A stretch of DNA of 59,891 nucleotides, counting the filler, from Bonamia ostreae (lineage: Eukaryota), in NCBI GenBank assembly GCA_040357525.1. It is 7 parts of 7 records of this genome, joined end to end, with 100 filler letters (N's around TTAATTAATTAA, not from the genome) between each part and the next. Parts side by side here need not be neighbours in the genome. Positions count along the whole stretch, not along the records: positions 26,120 to 34,655 come from JBDODL010000057.1; positions 34,756 to 43,105 come from JBDODL010000059.1; 5 more parts are not named here. One strand, given 5' to 3'. Shown here in pieces: positions 27,213-38,094 of the stretch. Below the pieces are notes generated by a model. That model made no database searches. It was not told the origin of the DNA and saw nothing but the letters and a program-made list of their open reading frames with translations. The position numbers and the translations under genes were made by a program. The number at the start of each line of letters is the position of its first letter. Positions within the stretch are counted from its first letter, which is position 1.

Positions 27213-28477
27213 ATTAAATCAACAAAAAATTTTAAAATTAATAAAATGAGGTAAAAAGTCGGATGAATTTAATAAGCGATCACACAAAACAGCTTGAATC
27301 TGTTGTGACTTCATGATTCTTTACCATTTCCGCTGAAATAGGCTTTATTCTGTCTCGGCAAATCCTTTTTTTGGCCGCTTTCATTTTGTAGCTATGTTCT
27401 TCAATGCCAAAATCAATCATTTGATGAACTTTAAAGGGATTTCGCAGAATTAATCGAATATTTTGTTTATTCTGAATCGGTAAATTTTCATCAACTTCTT
27501 TTCTAATTGTTTAAAGATGAAAAAATTAAATTTTGCTATTTTTCTGATAAAAGTTTTGCAAAAATGATAAAAATTCTATTCCAAAAAACATGTTGCAATT
27601 TTCGTCATATAAATTTACATCGACAATTTCGCCTTTAACTTTAAGCGATGCTACGAAAGCAATCGTTCCGATTGAATTTAATTGTCGTGGTTTAAAACCA
27701 TTCAATTCTAAAGTGTTTTCATTGATAACTCGCAATTTTCCTTCATAGCCGCTTTCGCAGTTGTTGGAACTCAAATCATAAACAAATAGGACTTTTTGCA
27801 GTAACAATTTTAATAAAATTACAAAATAATTTTTAAATTTAATAATTTAATAGAAATTACGAAAAAATTCAAATTTTACAATCGAAAATTAGATTAAAAA
27901 CTTTCTTTTTCATTTCCTTCGCAAAATTGTTTGCATTCTTAAAATTAAATTGTTGTTAATCTAATCAAAACCTGCTGGATCTATTCTCTTAATAAGCCTT
28001 TCTTCGTTCGAAGTAATATCAATGTAACAAGAAGTTGTATTTCCATAATAAAATTCGATTCTTTTCATATCTGACATTCTCAGATCTCTTGAAATTTGAA
28101 CAACAAATGACCTTATCTTCGATCTTTTATAAATCGTTTAAAATTAATATTTTCAATATGAAACATTTGAAAAATTTTCAAAACTTGTTTTTGTTGTTAA
28201 CAGCGGTACCAGCAACAGTAAAATTAGCCGGATAGATCAGTTCAGTTTTTCTTTCTAAGACAAAATATTCGACTTTGTCCAAATTGCAACTGGGATCTTT
28301 GCATTCCATGTTTTGCACGATGAATTTTCTTTGGTTAAGAATACTGATCCTCTGAATCGACACCAAATTGTCTTTCGAGCATTTGGGTTTGCTCGAAAGC
28401 ACTTGTTCGTTATGCAAAACAGCTTTAGAATTTATAATGGTTAAGAAAGAGAACAAAAGAATTTTCAAATAGACCAT
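27213..28477 (-). CDS. Secreted/surface protein, multi-exon, with possible DM13-like repeats
   Basis: Signal peptide MVYLKILLFSFLTIINSKA; related segments ISILNQRKFIVQNM and GKLRVINENTLELNGF; hydrophobic C-terminus. End approximate. Confidence 0.5.
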
Positions 28478-29600
28478 ATTATTGTTTTATATATTATTAT
28501 TTTTGGTTTGATTTATTGTTATTTTATTCGAGTTTAAATATATTAAGATTAAACCGTTTCTTAAAGGTTTTGATATAAAAAGTATCCGAGTTAATAAATT
28601 AAAAATTATTGATGTGAAAGTTTTGACTGCGTACCAGTCTGATATTAATTCGGTCAATAAAAATTTAATTCTTCATTCTGTTCTTTATGGACGAATATTC
28701 ATTTAATAATTTTTCAATCGCCAATAACTAATTAGTTCTTTTTGGTGCAAAATCTGTCGGTTTTGCTGATAGTTTTTTGCCAAATGTTAAAAATTTTCTA
28801 AATCTCGTAATATTTAAATCTGCAGATTTTNNNNNNNNNNNNNNNNNNNNNNNNNNNNNNNNNNNNNNNNNNNNNNNNNNNNNNNNNNNNNNNNNNNNNN
28901 NNNNNNNNNNNNNNNNNNNNNNNNNNNNNNTTTGCCAAATGTTAAAAATTTTCTAAATCTCGTAATATTTAAATCTGCAGATTTTATATTAACGATGACA
29001 TTTTGCAATATTTAAATCTGAAAATTTTACTAACGATAATATTATTTTTATTGAAATGTCAATATTTAATCAAAAATATGTCGTTTTTGGGATTTAACGG
29101 TTTGTATACAAACTTATTTCAATTCCCAGTCTGATTTTAAAATTAAAAATTAAACCAATAAAAATGATGTTCTTTAAATTACAATAAAATCAGATATGAT
29201 AAATTTAATCATTTTTCTCATTCTTCCTCGATTTCGTCCATCGGTAATATTTACAGAGAATTATGATGATCAAAAGCAAACAACAGATTGAGAATAAAGA
29301 ACTTGTGTAGAACGATAAAAGCAAAATAATCTCTTTTGTCGACATGATAAAAAATTACAATTTTTATTTTCTTTATAAAATTGTTCAAAAAATTATGACA
29401 AAAATTTACAAAATTAATCATTTTTTCGGTTTCGATTTATAAACATTAGAAGACGAAGCAAATGAAGGATTGAAAATTAGACAAAGCAGCTAAAAAATCG
29501 GCAAAAAATGTTCAAAGTGCACTAAAAATTTCAAGATAAATGCAAAAAAACACTAAAATATATCCAAAAAGTCTAATTTTTAAAATAAAAACATCGTGCA

Positions 29601-31093
29601 ATGTTTGAAAAAAGCTCAAAATGTGTATTGGAATGGTGGAAAACATGCTTTATTCTTTTCTCCGCTTCGATATTGTCGATCTGGACCAATTTTTGGGTGC
29701 CGTTGTTCCTTTTTCCGTTCAGTTTATGGATCATCGGTCTTTTTATCGCCACATCACAACAAAATGAATATAACAAAAAATATCCGCATGAAATAACTCC
29801 AAGTTTAGATTTAATGCCAAATATTTTTGAAAATAGCGATTTATTTTTGACGATTTTGGCAAAATTTATTTGTTGTAAAAAATTTATTAAAAATAGCGAT
29901 TTATTTTTGAATTTTTTTGCGATTTTTAACAATTTTTTGTTGTAAAAAATTAACAAAATTAACGATTTATTTTTGACAATTTTGGCGATTTTGGCCAAAT
30001 TTTTTATTGTAAATTTTTTTGCGATTTTTAACAATTTTTTATCGTAAAAAACTTATTAAAAATCGCAATTTATTTTTGTCAATTTTGGCCAAATTTTTTT
30101 GTCGTAAAAAAATTATTAAAAATCGCAATTTATTTTTGACAATTTTGAGCGATTTATTAAAACCAAAAAGGCGAAAGAGCTCGTCTTTTGGAAGAAAAAA
30201 ATTCCTTAACGCAAAATTTGAACTGGAAAAAAACGCAAATTGTCGTTTTACAAGGACGCAATTTCCCAGAAAACTTTAAAAAACCTTTCGACCAGCGCAT
30301 ACCAAATTCGCTTTCGAGAGCAACCGCCGACACTCTCGAGTCTTTTCGCGCCAGCACTGCCTACACGTACGGCCAGAAAGTCTATTTACTTTTCCCGCCT
30401 CACGACGATCCGCCAAGACGCCTCAAAATCTGCAAAACGGTGACAGAGGCGGTCTCGGCGATTTCGTCTTTTTTGACGATTCGGTTTTTCGACCATTTGC
30501 AGAAAATGCAGTTCGGCGCGGAAGAAAAAGAACTCAAATCGGACGTCTTCGAACATTTTTCGGCTTATTTTGCGGGGACGGTCGTTTCTGTCGATACGAA
30601 AAAAGAAGCTTTAAATTACTTTATGAACGCGAATTTGAAGGAATGTTTGGGATACGGCTTGAGAAAACTCGCCTTGCTCCATTTTATTCCTTCCGAAATT
30701 TTTGGACTAACGAATAATCAAATTATAAGAAAGCTTAAACTTAAGCGAAAAGTCCAATGGTCGGACCAACCAAACAACATAAAATATGGAGTTTTCGTAA
30801 AGCTCACGGAAAAAAGGGATACAATTTATGACGAAAAGTCCGAACAAAATCGAATGGACGAAAAATCGGTGGACAACGATGAACAGAGCAACGTCGTCGT
30901 CAAATCGGAGGAAATTATCGAAAATGAGAAAATGGGAATGCCGGAACAGATTTATATAAACGAGGAGACATTTGAAAGAAAAAACAGAAATAGATCGAAG
31001 TTGTCGTTATTAACTCGCGTACTTAACTTCAACCACGAAAATATCGATTTTTTGTATTCGCGTGAATTGAAAGAACGCTTTGCAGAAAATTAA
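29601..31093 (+). CDS. Transmembrane segment fused to a degenerate Thg1-like (tRNAHis guanylyltransferase) domain
   Basis: Exon 29601-29802 (two hydrophobic helices) joins in phase over intron 29803-30170 to IVVLQGRNF..FKKPFD, AYTYGQKVYLLF, EALNYF, VQWSDQPNNIKYGVFVK. Confidence 0.7.
29825..30160. repeat. Degenerate intronic tandem repeat
   Basis: Repeated AAAAATAGCGATTTATTTTTGA / AAAAATCGCAATTTATTTTTG units. Confidence 0.75.
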
Positions 31094-31094
31094 A

Positions 31095-31295
31095 ATAAAT
31101 ATTTTCTTCTTTTGTTTTGAAAATTTTTTTATTCGAAAAACGAAAAATAAATATTTTCTTCTTTTGTTTTGAAAATTTTATTATTCGAAAAACGAAAAAT
31201 AAATATTTTCTTTTGTTGTGAAATTTTTTTATCGAAAAATTAATAAAAATGAAAAATAAATATTCTTCTTTTGTTTTGAAAATTTTTTATCGAAA
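31095..31295. repeat. Intergenic tandem repeat (~52 nt, AAAATAAATATTTTCTTCTTTTGTTTTGAAAATTTT..)
   Basis: About 4 imperfect copies between convergent genes. Confidence 0.8.
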
Positions 31296-31354
31296 AATTA
31301 AAAATTAATAAAAATGATAAAAGAAAAATAATGAGAAACGTAAAGAAAAATAAT

Positions 31355-31930
31355 TTATCCGAAAAGTTTTTTTGATTTTTGGAAATAAAAGTCTCTTTGA
31401 CTATCCGTGAAACTTAGCCATTCTTTCCTTAAAAGAAGGGTAATTTCTCCGTAACTTAAATCTGGATTGTGTTCTTTTTTCAGATTTCGACTAAAATTAC
31501 AACATTAAAAACTTTTGATCGCAATAAATCATAAACGCGGACTTTGGCTTTTCCGTAAAGTTTTTGAAGGGATTTTCTGTTTGTTTTGAAAAGTCGTTTT
31601 TGGCCGCAAATTGGTTTTCCTGGCATTCTTCCTTTTTTGTTAATTCGAAAATATCAAACTTGTATAAAAGTCATTATAAAGCTGCAATTAGGACATTGCA
31701 TAAATCTTGAATTTACCGGAAAACATAAGCTTATATTGCAATTCAAGCAATTTTTGCTTTGTGGCAATGTAGGATCAAATTCATTATTGCACGAGAAGCA
31801 CAGGACTTTTTTCGATCTAAAAATAAAGGTTAATTTGATTGAACTTCTTATTAAAAATCAATTGGATGTCACAAATATTACAGAATGTTAAAGACTCGTT
31901 CTCTTTTAATTTAGTTTTGCTATCCGACAT
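31355..31930 (-). CDS. Protein with two LSD1-type C2C2 zinc fingers and a C-terminal HMG box (4 exons; missed by the ORF track)
   Basis: Manual spliced translation: CNIC-DIQLIFNKKSKKVL-CFSC, CLNC-NISLCFPVNSRFMQ-CPNC, then EKPKSAFMIYCDQNRNLKKEHNPDLSYGEITLLLRKEWLSFTDSQRDFYFQK. Confidence 0.8.
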
Positions 31931-32027
31931 TGGATAAAAAAGTATACGCAAATTAAACATACTGAAAATACTTTAATATATCAAACCAGTTAAAAGGTTA
32001 AAAATTAGCTAATTTACCCTACCCTTA

Positions 32028-33713
32028 ATGTCGCATCGCAAGTATCACGGTAATCCTTCATTTAACAATCAGCGCCGAGACACGGATCACTCGGATTTCT
32101 TCCGAGAAAGCGCTGCAAAAGACACCGCGGAAAAATTAGATCATTCCCCAGATCAAATCCGAAGGACAAACCCCACCTCACCGCTTTTATCGGCTATAAA
32201 GCCGGCGTCACTCACGTTCTCCGCAACATCAAAAAAGCTGGATCCAAAAGCAACAACAAAGAAAGGATAGAAATGGTGACCATCTTAGAAACGCCTCCGA
32301 TGGTTGGAATTGGTCTTGTTGGCTACACTAAAACGCCCAAAGGACTTCGCGCTGTCACGACTGTTTGGACAAAATACATTTCCGATGAAGCCAAACGTCG
32401 CTACTACAAAAACTGGTGCAAATCGAACAAGAAAGCTTTCACCGCTTATTCCAAAAACTTCTCGGACAAAGACCTCAAAGAGCAAATCGGAAGAATCAAC
32501 AATCACTGCGATGTCGTCAGATTGATCGCGCACACTCAGGTTAATTCACTCAAACAGCTACACCATTTTCTTCATTGCAATGATGAATACACTCAGCTCA
32601 CATTGAGATCTTCAAATCGCTGAATAAAAAAAACATTCTGAGCAAAATCTTTAATTTTGACCAAAAACAATTTTCTGAATACGAAATCTGGCAAATTTTA
32701 ACAAAAATAAAACAGACTAACAAATTGAGAAAAGGCTTCAAAAAAGCGCACATAATGGAAATTCAGATCAACGGCGGAACAGTTAAAGAACAAACTGAAT
32801 TCGGGCTCTCGTTTTTCGAGAAAGAAATTCCCGTCGACTCCATCTTTTCCCGCGAAGAAAAAATCGACATAATAGGAGTAACCAAAGGTCACGGTACCGA
32901 AGGAGTGGTGCATCGTTGGGGTGTAACAAGGTTGCCAAGAAAAACACATCGCGGTTTGAGAAAAGTTTTTTAACCATGTTTTTCTACACTTCAAAGTCTG
33001 TTCTAATACATTTCTACTTTTCAGTAGCGATGCTTAGCGGCAGACAAAAACAACGCTGATTAAACTCATTTTCAGCTACATTTCTTCAAATTTAACAAAA
33101 ATCAACTCAAATTTTAACGAAAAAATGGCGTCCAATTAATCGATAATTTTATCGATATTGATCTATAATTTAAAAAGGTCGCTTGTATTGGAGCATGGCA
33201 TCCAGCGAGAGTTGCCTTTTCAGTCGCAAGGTCTGGTCAGAACGGATACCATCATCGCACAGAAATCAATAAACAGATTTACAGAATCGGCAACAAAGAA
33301 ATGGCCTTTACTGGAAGCACCGAAAATGATCCCACCGAAAAACAGATCACTCCGATGGGCGGATTCCCGCATTACGGAGAAGTCAAAAATGACTTTTTGA
33401 TGCTCAAAGTTTGCAATCATTTTCTTTAAAAATGATGATTTTTGTCGCCCCAGTCTGAAAATGATGATCGACTTTTATCTGATTTAAATTTCAAAATTTT
33501 AAAAATTGTATGGATTTTAAGGGATGTGTGATGGGACCGAAGAAGAGAGTGATCACATTGAGGAAATCATTGCATCCGTCGACTGTCAAAAACAGTGGCG
33601 GAGAAGGGGAAAAAGACTCGATCGAGCTCAAGTTTATCGACACTTCGTCCAAATTTGGGCACGGCCGATTCCAAACCTCCAAAGAAAAAGATGCTTTTTA
33701 TAACAGGGCTTAA
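32028..33713 (+). CDS. RPL3: 60S ribosomal protein L3 (uL3); introns 32050-32072, 32540-32715, 32965-33177, 33409-33521
   Basis: [81 protein letters not shown]; all four joins are in frame. Confidence 0.98.
32575..32645 (+). ncRNA. Intronic box C/D snoRNA, SNORD29/snR71-like
   Basis: Terminal stem TTGC/GCAA, box C ATGATGA (32580-86), guide CAGCTCAC before D' TTGA (32603-06), box D CTGA (32638-41). Confidence 0.8.
32994..33083 (+). ncRNA. Intronic box H/ACA snoRNA candidate
   Basis: Hairpin GTCTGTT/GGCAGAC with internal pocket and upper stems CAT/ATG and CTAC/GTAG; H box AAAACA (33047-52); short hairpin GCTGA/TCAGC; ACA at 33078-80. Confidence 0.6.
33425..33488 (+). ncRNA. Intronic box C/D snoRNA, SNORD31/snR67-like
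   Basis: Stem TTTAAA/TTTAAA, box C ATGATGA (33432-38), guide TGTCGCCCCAGT, D' CTGA (33455-58), C' ATGATGA (33461-67), D CTGA (33479-82). Confidence 0.9.
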
Positions 33714-34281
33714 AATGGTACCAATATTATTTTCTGTTTATTTGTTGCTCTTTTATTTCCGTGAAGCAACTATTCCTTTTTTATTTGAATCAAACGATCT
33801 CTTTGATTTAAAAGCCGTCGTTTACAACTTTTTTCTTACTCTGAAAACAATTAACCGAGAACTTTTGGTTGAGCCATTTTAGTTAAATCATCCAAAATTC
33901 CGGTTCGAATCTTAGAGGGCTTAAGCTCACTCGTAATGTCTCCCTTGATTCAAGAGTTTTCAAATCCTAAGGTTTTTTGTACATACCAGTCGTCGACAAT
34001 ACAACAAAGATGGATAACAATAATTTTACTTTAATTAATTATTTCTAATCAATTAACTTTGAAGGAGTAAAAACTCTTTTTGAGAACTCCCAGAAAACAA
34101 TAAAAGAATAATAATGGAACATTGTTATATTGTCGCAATATTTATTCATCAATAATAAAAGAATAGATTAAAACCTGTATAATATAAATCATTTATAGAA
34201 TAAACTAATCATTTCAATATATTATAAAGCTCATATTTAAGTTCGAGAGCTTACTAATAATTTATATAAATAAAAACTAAA

Positions 34282-34656
34282 ATGTTCAGTATTGCGGCTG
34301 ACAAAAAGATGATTGCCGATCGTCAGAAAATGGTTGATAAAATTTTAACATTTAAAAGGCGTTTACATTTTGGTGCAACCAAAAATTTTCGTTTTTATTT
34401 ATAAAAAACTTCCGTTTTATAAATTTTTTTTATAAATTTTGCAAATTATTTAATTTGCGATTAATGGAGCATTGAAAAATTAGGCAAAAAGAAAATAAAA
34501 TTGTTGTCACCGATTTTATTGAGCAAATGAAAGACGGAAAAACTTTTCCTAGTCTCGTCGAAATTCTTCTTGACAAAACATTAACTGGTCTCAAAGTAAA
34601 CCCCAAATTTACAATACAAAAAAGTTCAAACATTTCCATCGCCATTAACGAATTAN
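34282..34656 (+). CDS. Calponin-homology (actinin/filamin-type CH1) actin-binding protein, 5' fragment
   Basis: Spliced reading RQKMAFTFWCNQKF..VTDFIEQMKDGKTFPSLVEILL..PKFTIQKSSNISIAI; truncated by the scaffold end. Confidence 0.75.
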
Positions 34657-34819
34657 NNNNNNNNNNNNNNNNNNNNNNNNNNNNNNNNNNNNNNNNNNNT
34701 TAATTAATTAANNNNNNNNNNNNNNNNNNNNNNNNNNNNNNNNNNNNNNNNNNNNTTTTTAATAATGTTATTTCAATTTTATATTAATTGACATTATTTT
34801 TATAAATTTGTCATTCACT

Positions 34820-35225
34820 ATGTACCTAAATATATTGAAAAAAAATTTTGTAAGATACTTTGATGAAAGAGGTATTGGAATAACCACTATTACTCTAAAA
34901 CCGTTATAAAATAACGAATTGTTCATCACTTGTTTTATTGGTATAAAAGATAAAAATACATATGAAGATCTTGCTGCCCTAAAGAGCTTCAAAGTATGTA
35001 ATACAGTTTTTAAGATATCTAATACATCAACAAAAATATGGACATGCCGCTGAAATTTGTTTTAATAATAAAATATCAAAATATTTTAATTAAAAAGCAA
35101 ACTTAAAATGCTCTAATTGTGGTAAAAATCATGAATCAAATTCATTTACTTGTAAAACAAAACAAGAAATTATTGTAAAGAAAAATAAGTTGATTTTAGA
35201 AGAAAAAAATATTAAAAAAACAACA
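34820..35225 (+). mobile_element. Decayed non-LTR retrotransposon ORF1 (gag-like) remnant
   Basis: QQKYGHAAEIC (~35030-35063) and KCSNCGKNHESNSFTC (35106-35153) zinc-knuckle motifs amid stops and frameshifts. Confidence 0.55.
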
Positions 35226-35959
35226 ATAAAAATATATATAGCCAACCATTCAACATCTGGTTTCCTCCTGGAGAACTTTAACATTTTACAATAAATGTGT
35301 AACAAGATGTGAGTCGTTTTTTGTAATATATTCCTTCGTTGATTCCTAAACTCAACTGTACCAATATAATAAATTAGAATTCCCCTCCTTTAGAGGTATT
35401 AGCACACCACCACCCCCTGACCATTTTCCTTTTGGAAACAAAATTTAAAAATAAATTAAGACCAATTAGCCTGCCATCTGTTTTTGACAAAATTTAGAAA
35501 TATCACTAACTATCAATATAAATACAAATTTTTTGTTAAATTTCAAAGCATTTTATGCAAAATAGATAAGTTTTTAATAATTCAGTAAAATATAATTGTT
35601 AAAAAATAATGACTTCAAAATAAATTATAATTTGATTTGGCAACAAAAAGCGAAAAAGAAAGCTCAACAAACTCAAAGATATTATGTAGAAAAAATTTAG
35701 AGAAAATCGATAAATGTCTTAATAAGATTTAAAAGTTATACTTTTACTAAATATATTGCACTTCAAAGATTTTTCAAATAAACGTTAATTTTTATGTAAT
35801 TTAATTTTTTAAGAATATTTATAAAATTAATTTAAAATTGAAATTTCATATTCCCGCATTGTATAATGAATTCTTTATTATATTTCAAATTTGTGAAAAT
35901 CTTATAAAATAATATTTTAGCGATAAATGTCTTAATAAGATTTAAAAAAAATTATATTT

Positions 35960-36704
35960 CAAAAACAACCAAATCTTCGTGTACAGAAATTCAAAGCTCT
36001 TTTCTGTAATTTTTTTACAATTTTAAGACAAATTACAAATATAATTATTTACAGAACATTTTGAACCAAACGAGCAATTCATGGCAAAAATATTCATTTT
36101 GGAAATTTTAGACAATTATAAAAAGGAATTCCTGTCTCAAATTGCTGTCATTGTCTCTGAAATTTTTTTTCATTAAATATTTATTATGAACAGTGCGGAA
36201 CGAAAACAAATGTCGCTATTACCGATGTAATCGACATCGCTTTTATTTGACCGTCAGAGAAAGTTATGTCAAAATTTCTAAAAATGTTTCAAACTTTATT
36301 AAATCTGTCGTTGGAATTGGAAATGATGTCATGTCATTAATCATCGAAAAATTTATCGTTATAAAATTTTTAAAAATAGTTAGAACAATATTTGCAAATT
36401 TTTGTCTTAAAAATAACTCATTTTAAGTCTAATTTAGACAAAATAAAAGCACAAAACGTGTAAAGAACGTCGATTTGGATATTGGGCGATCAAAATCTCC
36501 GAAAGCATTAAAAACGTTTTGGCTAAACATTTGGAATTGGCGAACGGCAAAAATACTTGTTTGCGAAACGAATATGTGAAAAACAAAAATGGTTTCATGT
36601 CTGCTTGTTTGGCGAAATCGTTTGCAAAACTATTTCTGAGACTATATAATTTAGACAACAAAGAAAATAAAACAATTAATGAGTTTTCTGCAAAAGTCGA
36701 TTAA
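35960..36704 (+). CDS. Hypothetical multi-exon protein (boundaries uncertain)
   Basis: Consecutive + strand open segments (36193-36426, 36519-36704) with intron-like breaks; no family recognised. Confidence 0.3.
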
Positions 36705-38094
36705 TTTAAAAACGATCATTTTAAATTACAAAAATAATTGAATTGCGGTTTTTAGTAAAAATTGAGATAAAAACGCAAATTTTGACAATGAAGCAAAAAA
36801 TAAATTGTGATTTTTAGTAAAATTCACAAAATGCGTTTTGTGTTTGTGCAAAAAAAAAATAATTAATCTGTTTTCGAACATAACATTAAAAAATTAATCA
36901 TTAGAAAATTATAAAAACGCTTTTACGAAAAAAGTATAAAAGAATGTAAAATCTTCAAAAAAAATTTCCAAAAAGCTAAATATTAAATTAGGAGACGATA
37001 AAAAAACTTTAAATTAAAGATAAAAATATATTAGGAGACGATAAAAGTTTTTAAATTTTTTAAATTAAAAATAAGTTTTTAGTAATTTGTGAAAAAAAAG
37101 TTTAATTTAAAGATTAAATTTAAGTTTTGGAATTATATTCAAGTTTCGAAATTATATTCTCTTTGAAATATTCGGATATTGATTGATCTTTAAAATCTTT
37201 AAATATGTTTATAATATTTGTTCTGAAAATTACAAAAATAATAATTAAATTAAAAGACAGTAACCACAAAAAAGAACACAGGATCAAANNNNNNNNNNAA
37301 CATTTTTTTTATTCTTTATGTAATATATATCTTTTTTTAGATAAATTTCAATATTAATTGACAAAATTTCGTAATAATTTGAGAAAAGAAAGTTTACATT
37401 AAAGATAAAATCTTTAAATTTTGGTATCATTTATAATTCATAACATTATAAATTTTCGGATATTGAATTATCTTTGAAATATTTAAATATATTTTGCCAA
37501 AATAATTTCTTAGCTTTTTTACAGTAAGCTTTTGTTGTTTCAGCTCCGTTTTTAAAACAAACTAGAACATTTGGATGCCAATTTGTGCATTCATTTATTT
37601 CTCCAAATTAATTGTCTCATTGGTTAATCGATGTTCTTGCCAATAATCGCGTATAACTTTCTAAAATCATCTTGCTATTTAAAACCATTTATTTGAATCA
37701 AAGGCCTTTTCAATTGTTGTGTTATTCTCACACTTCCTTCATTTAAGACCACTTCAGAGTGCATGTTCCTACATTGACTGTTAGTGCGGCGGATTGTGTA
37801 TTGAAGAAGGCGTAAAATCCTTCTAGAAGTCTTCGAATCCTTTCACGTACTTCTGCAGGCTTTTCGTTTGGAATTTGAAATTCTTTGAAAAACCGCGAGA
37901 AATTCATGGTCTAATAAAACAATTCGGCAAATTTCTCAATTTCCTCGCGACGGCCCGCAAAGGACGTCAGAATCCATTTAAGGCTTCTGTCGAAATATTA
38001 TCATTGTCAAGATATTATAGTAATGTGGAAAATAATATTTCGCTGTCATAAGTTTTATATTTCAATTAATTGTCAAACACAAAATTTTTAATGT

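Noticed and set aside
37743..37907. 54-aa minus-strand ORF (MNFSRFFKEFQIP...)
   Set aside because: Plausibly an exon, but I could not build a gene model or assign a family.
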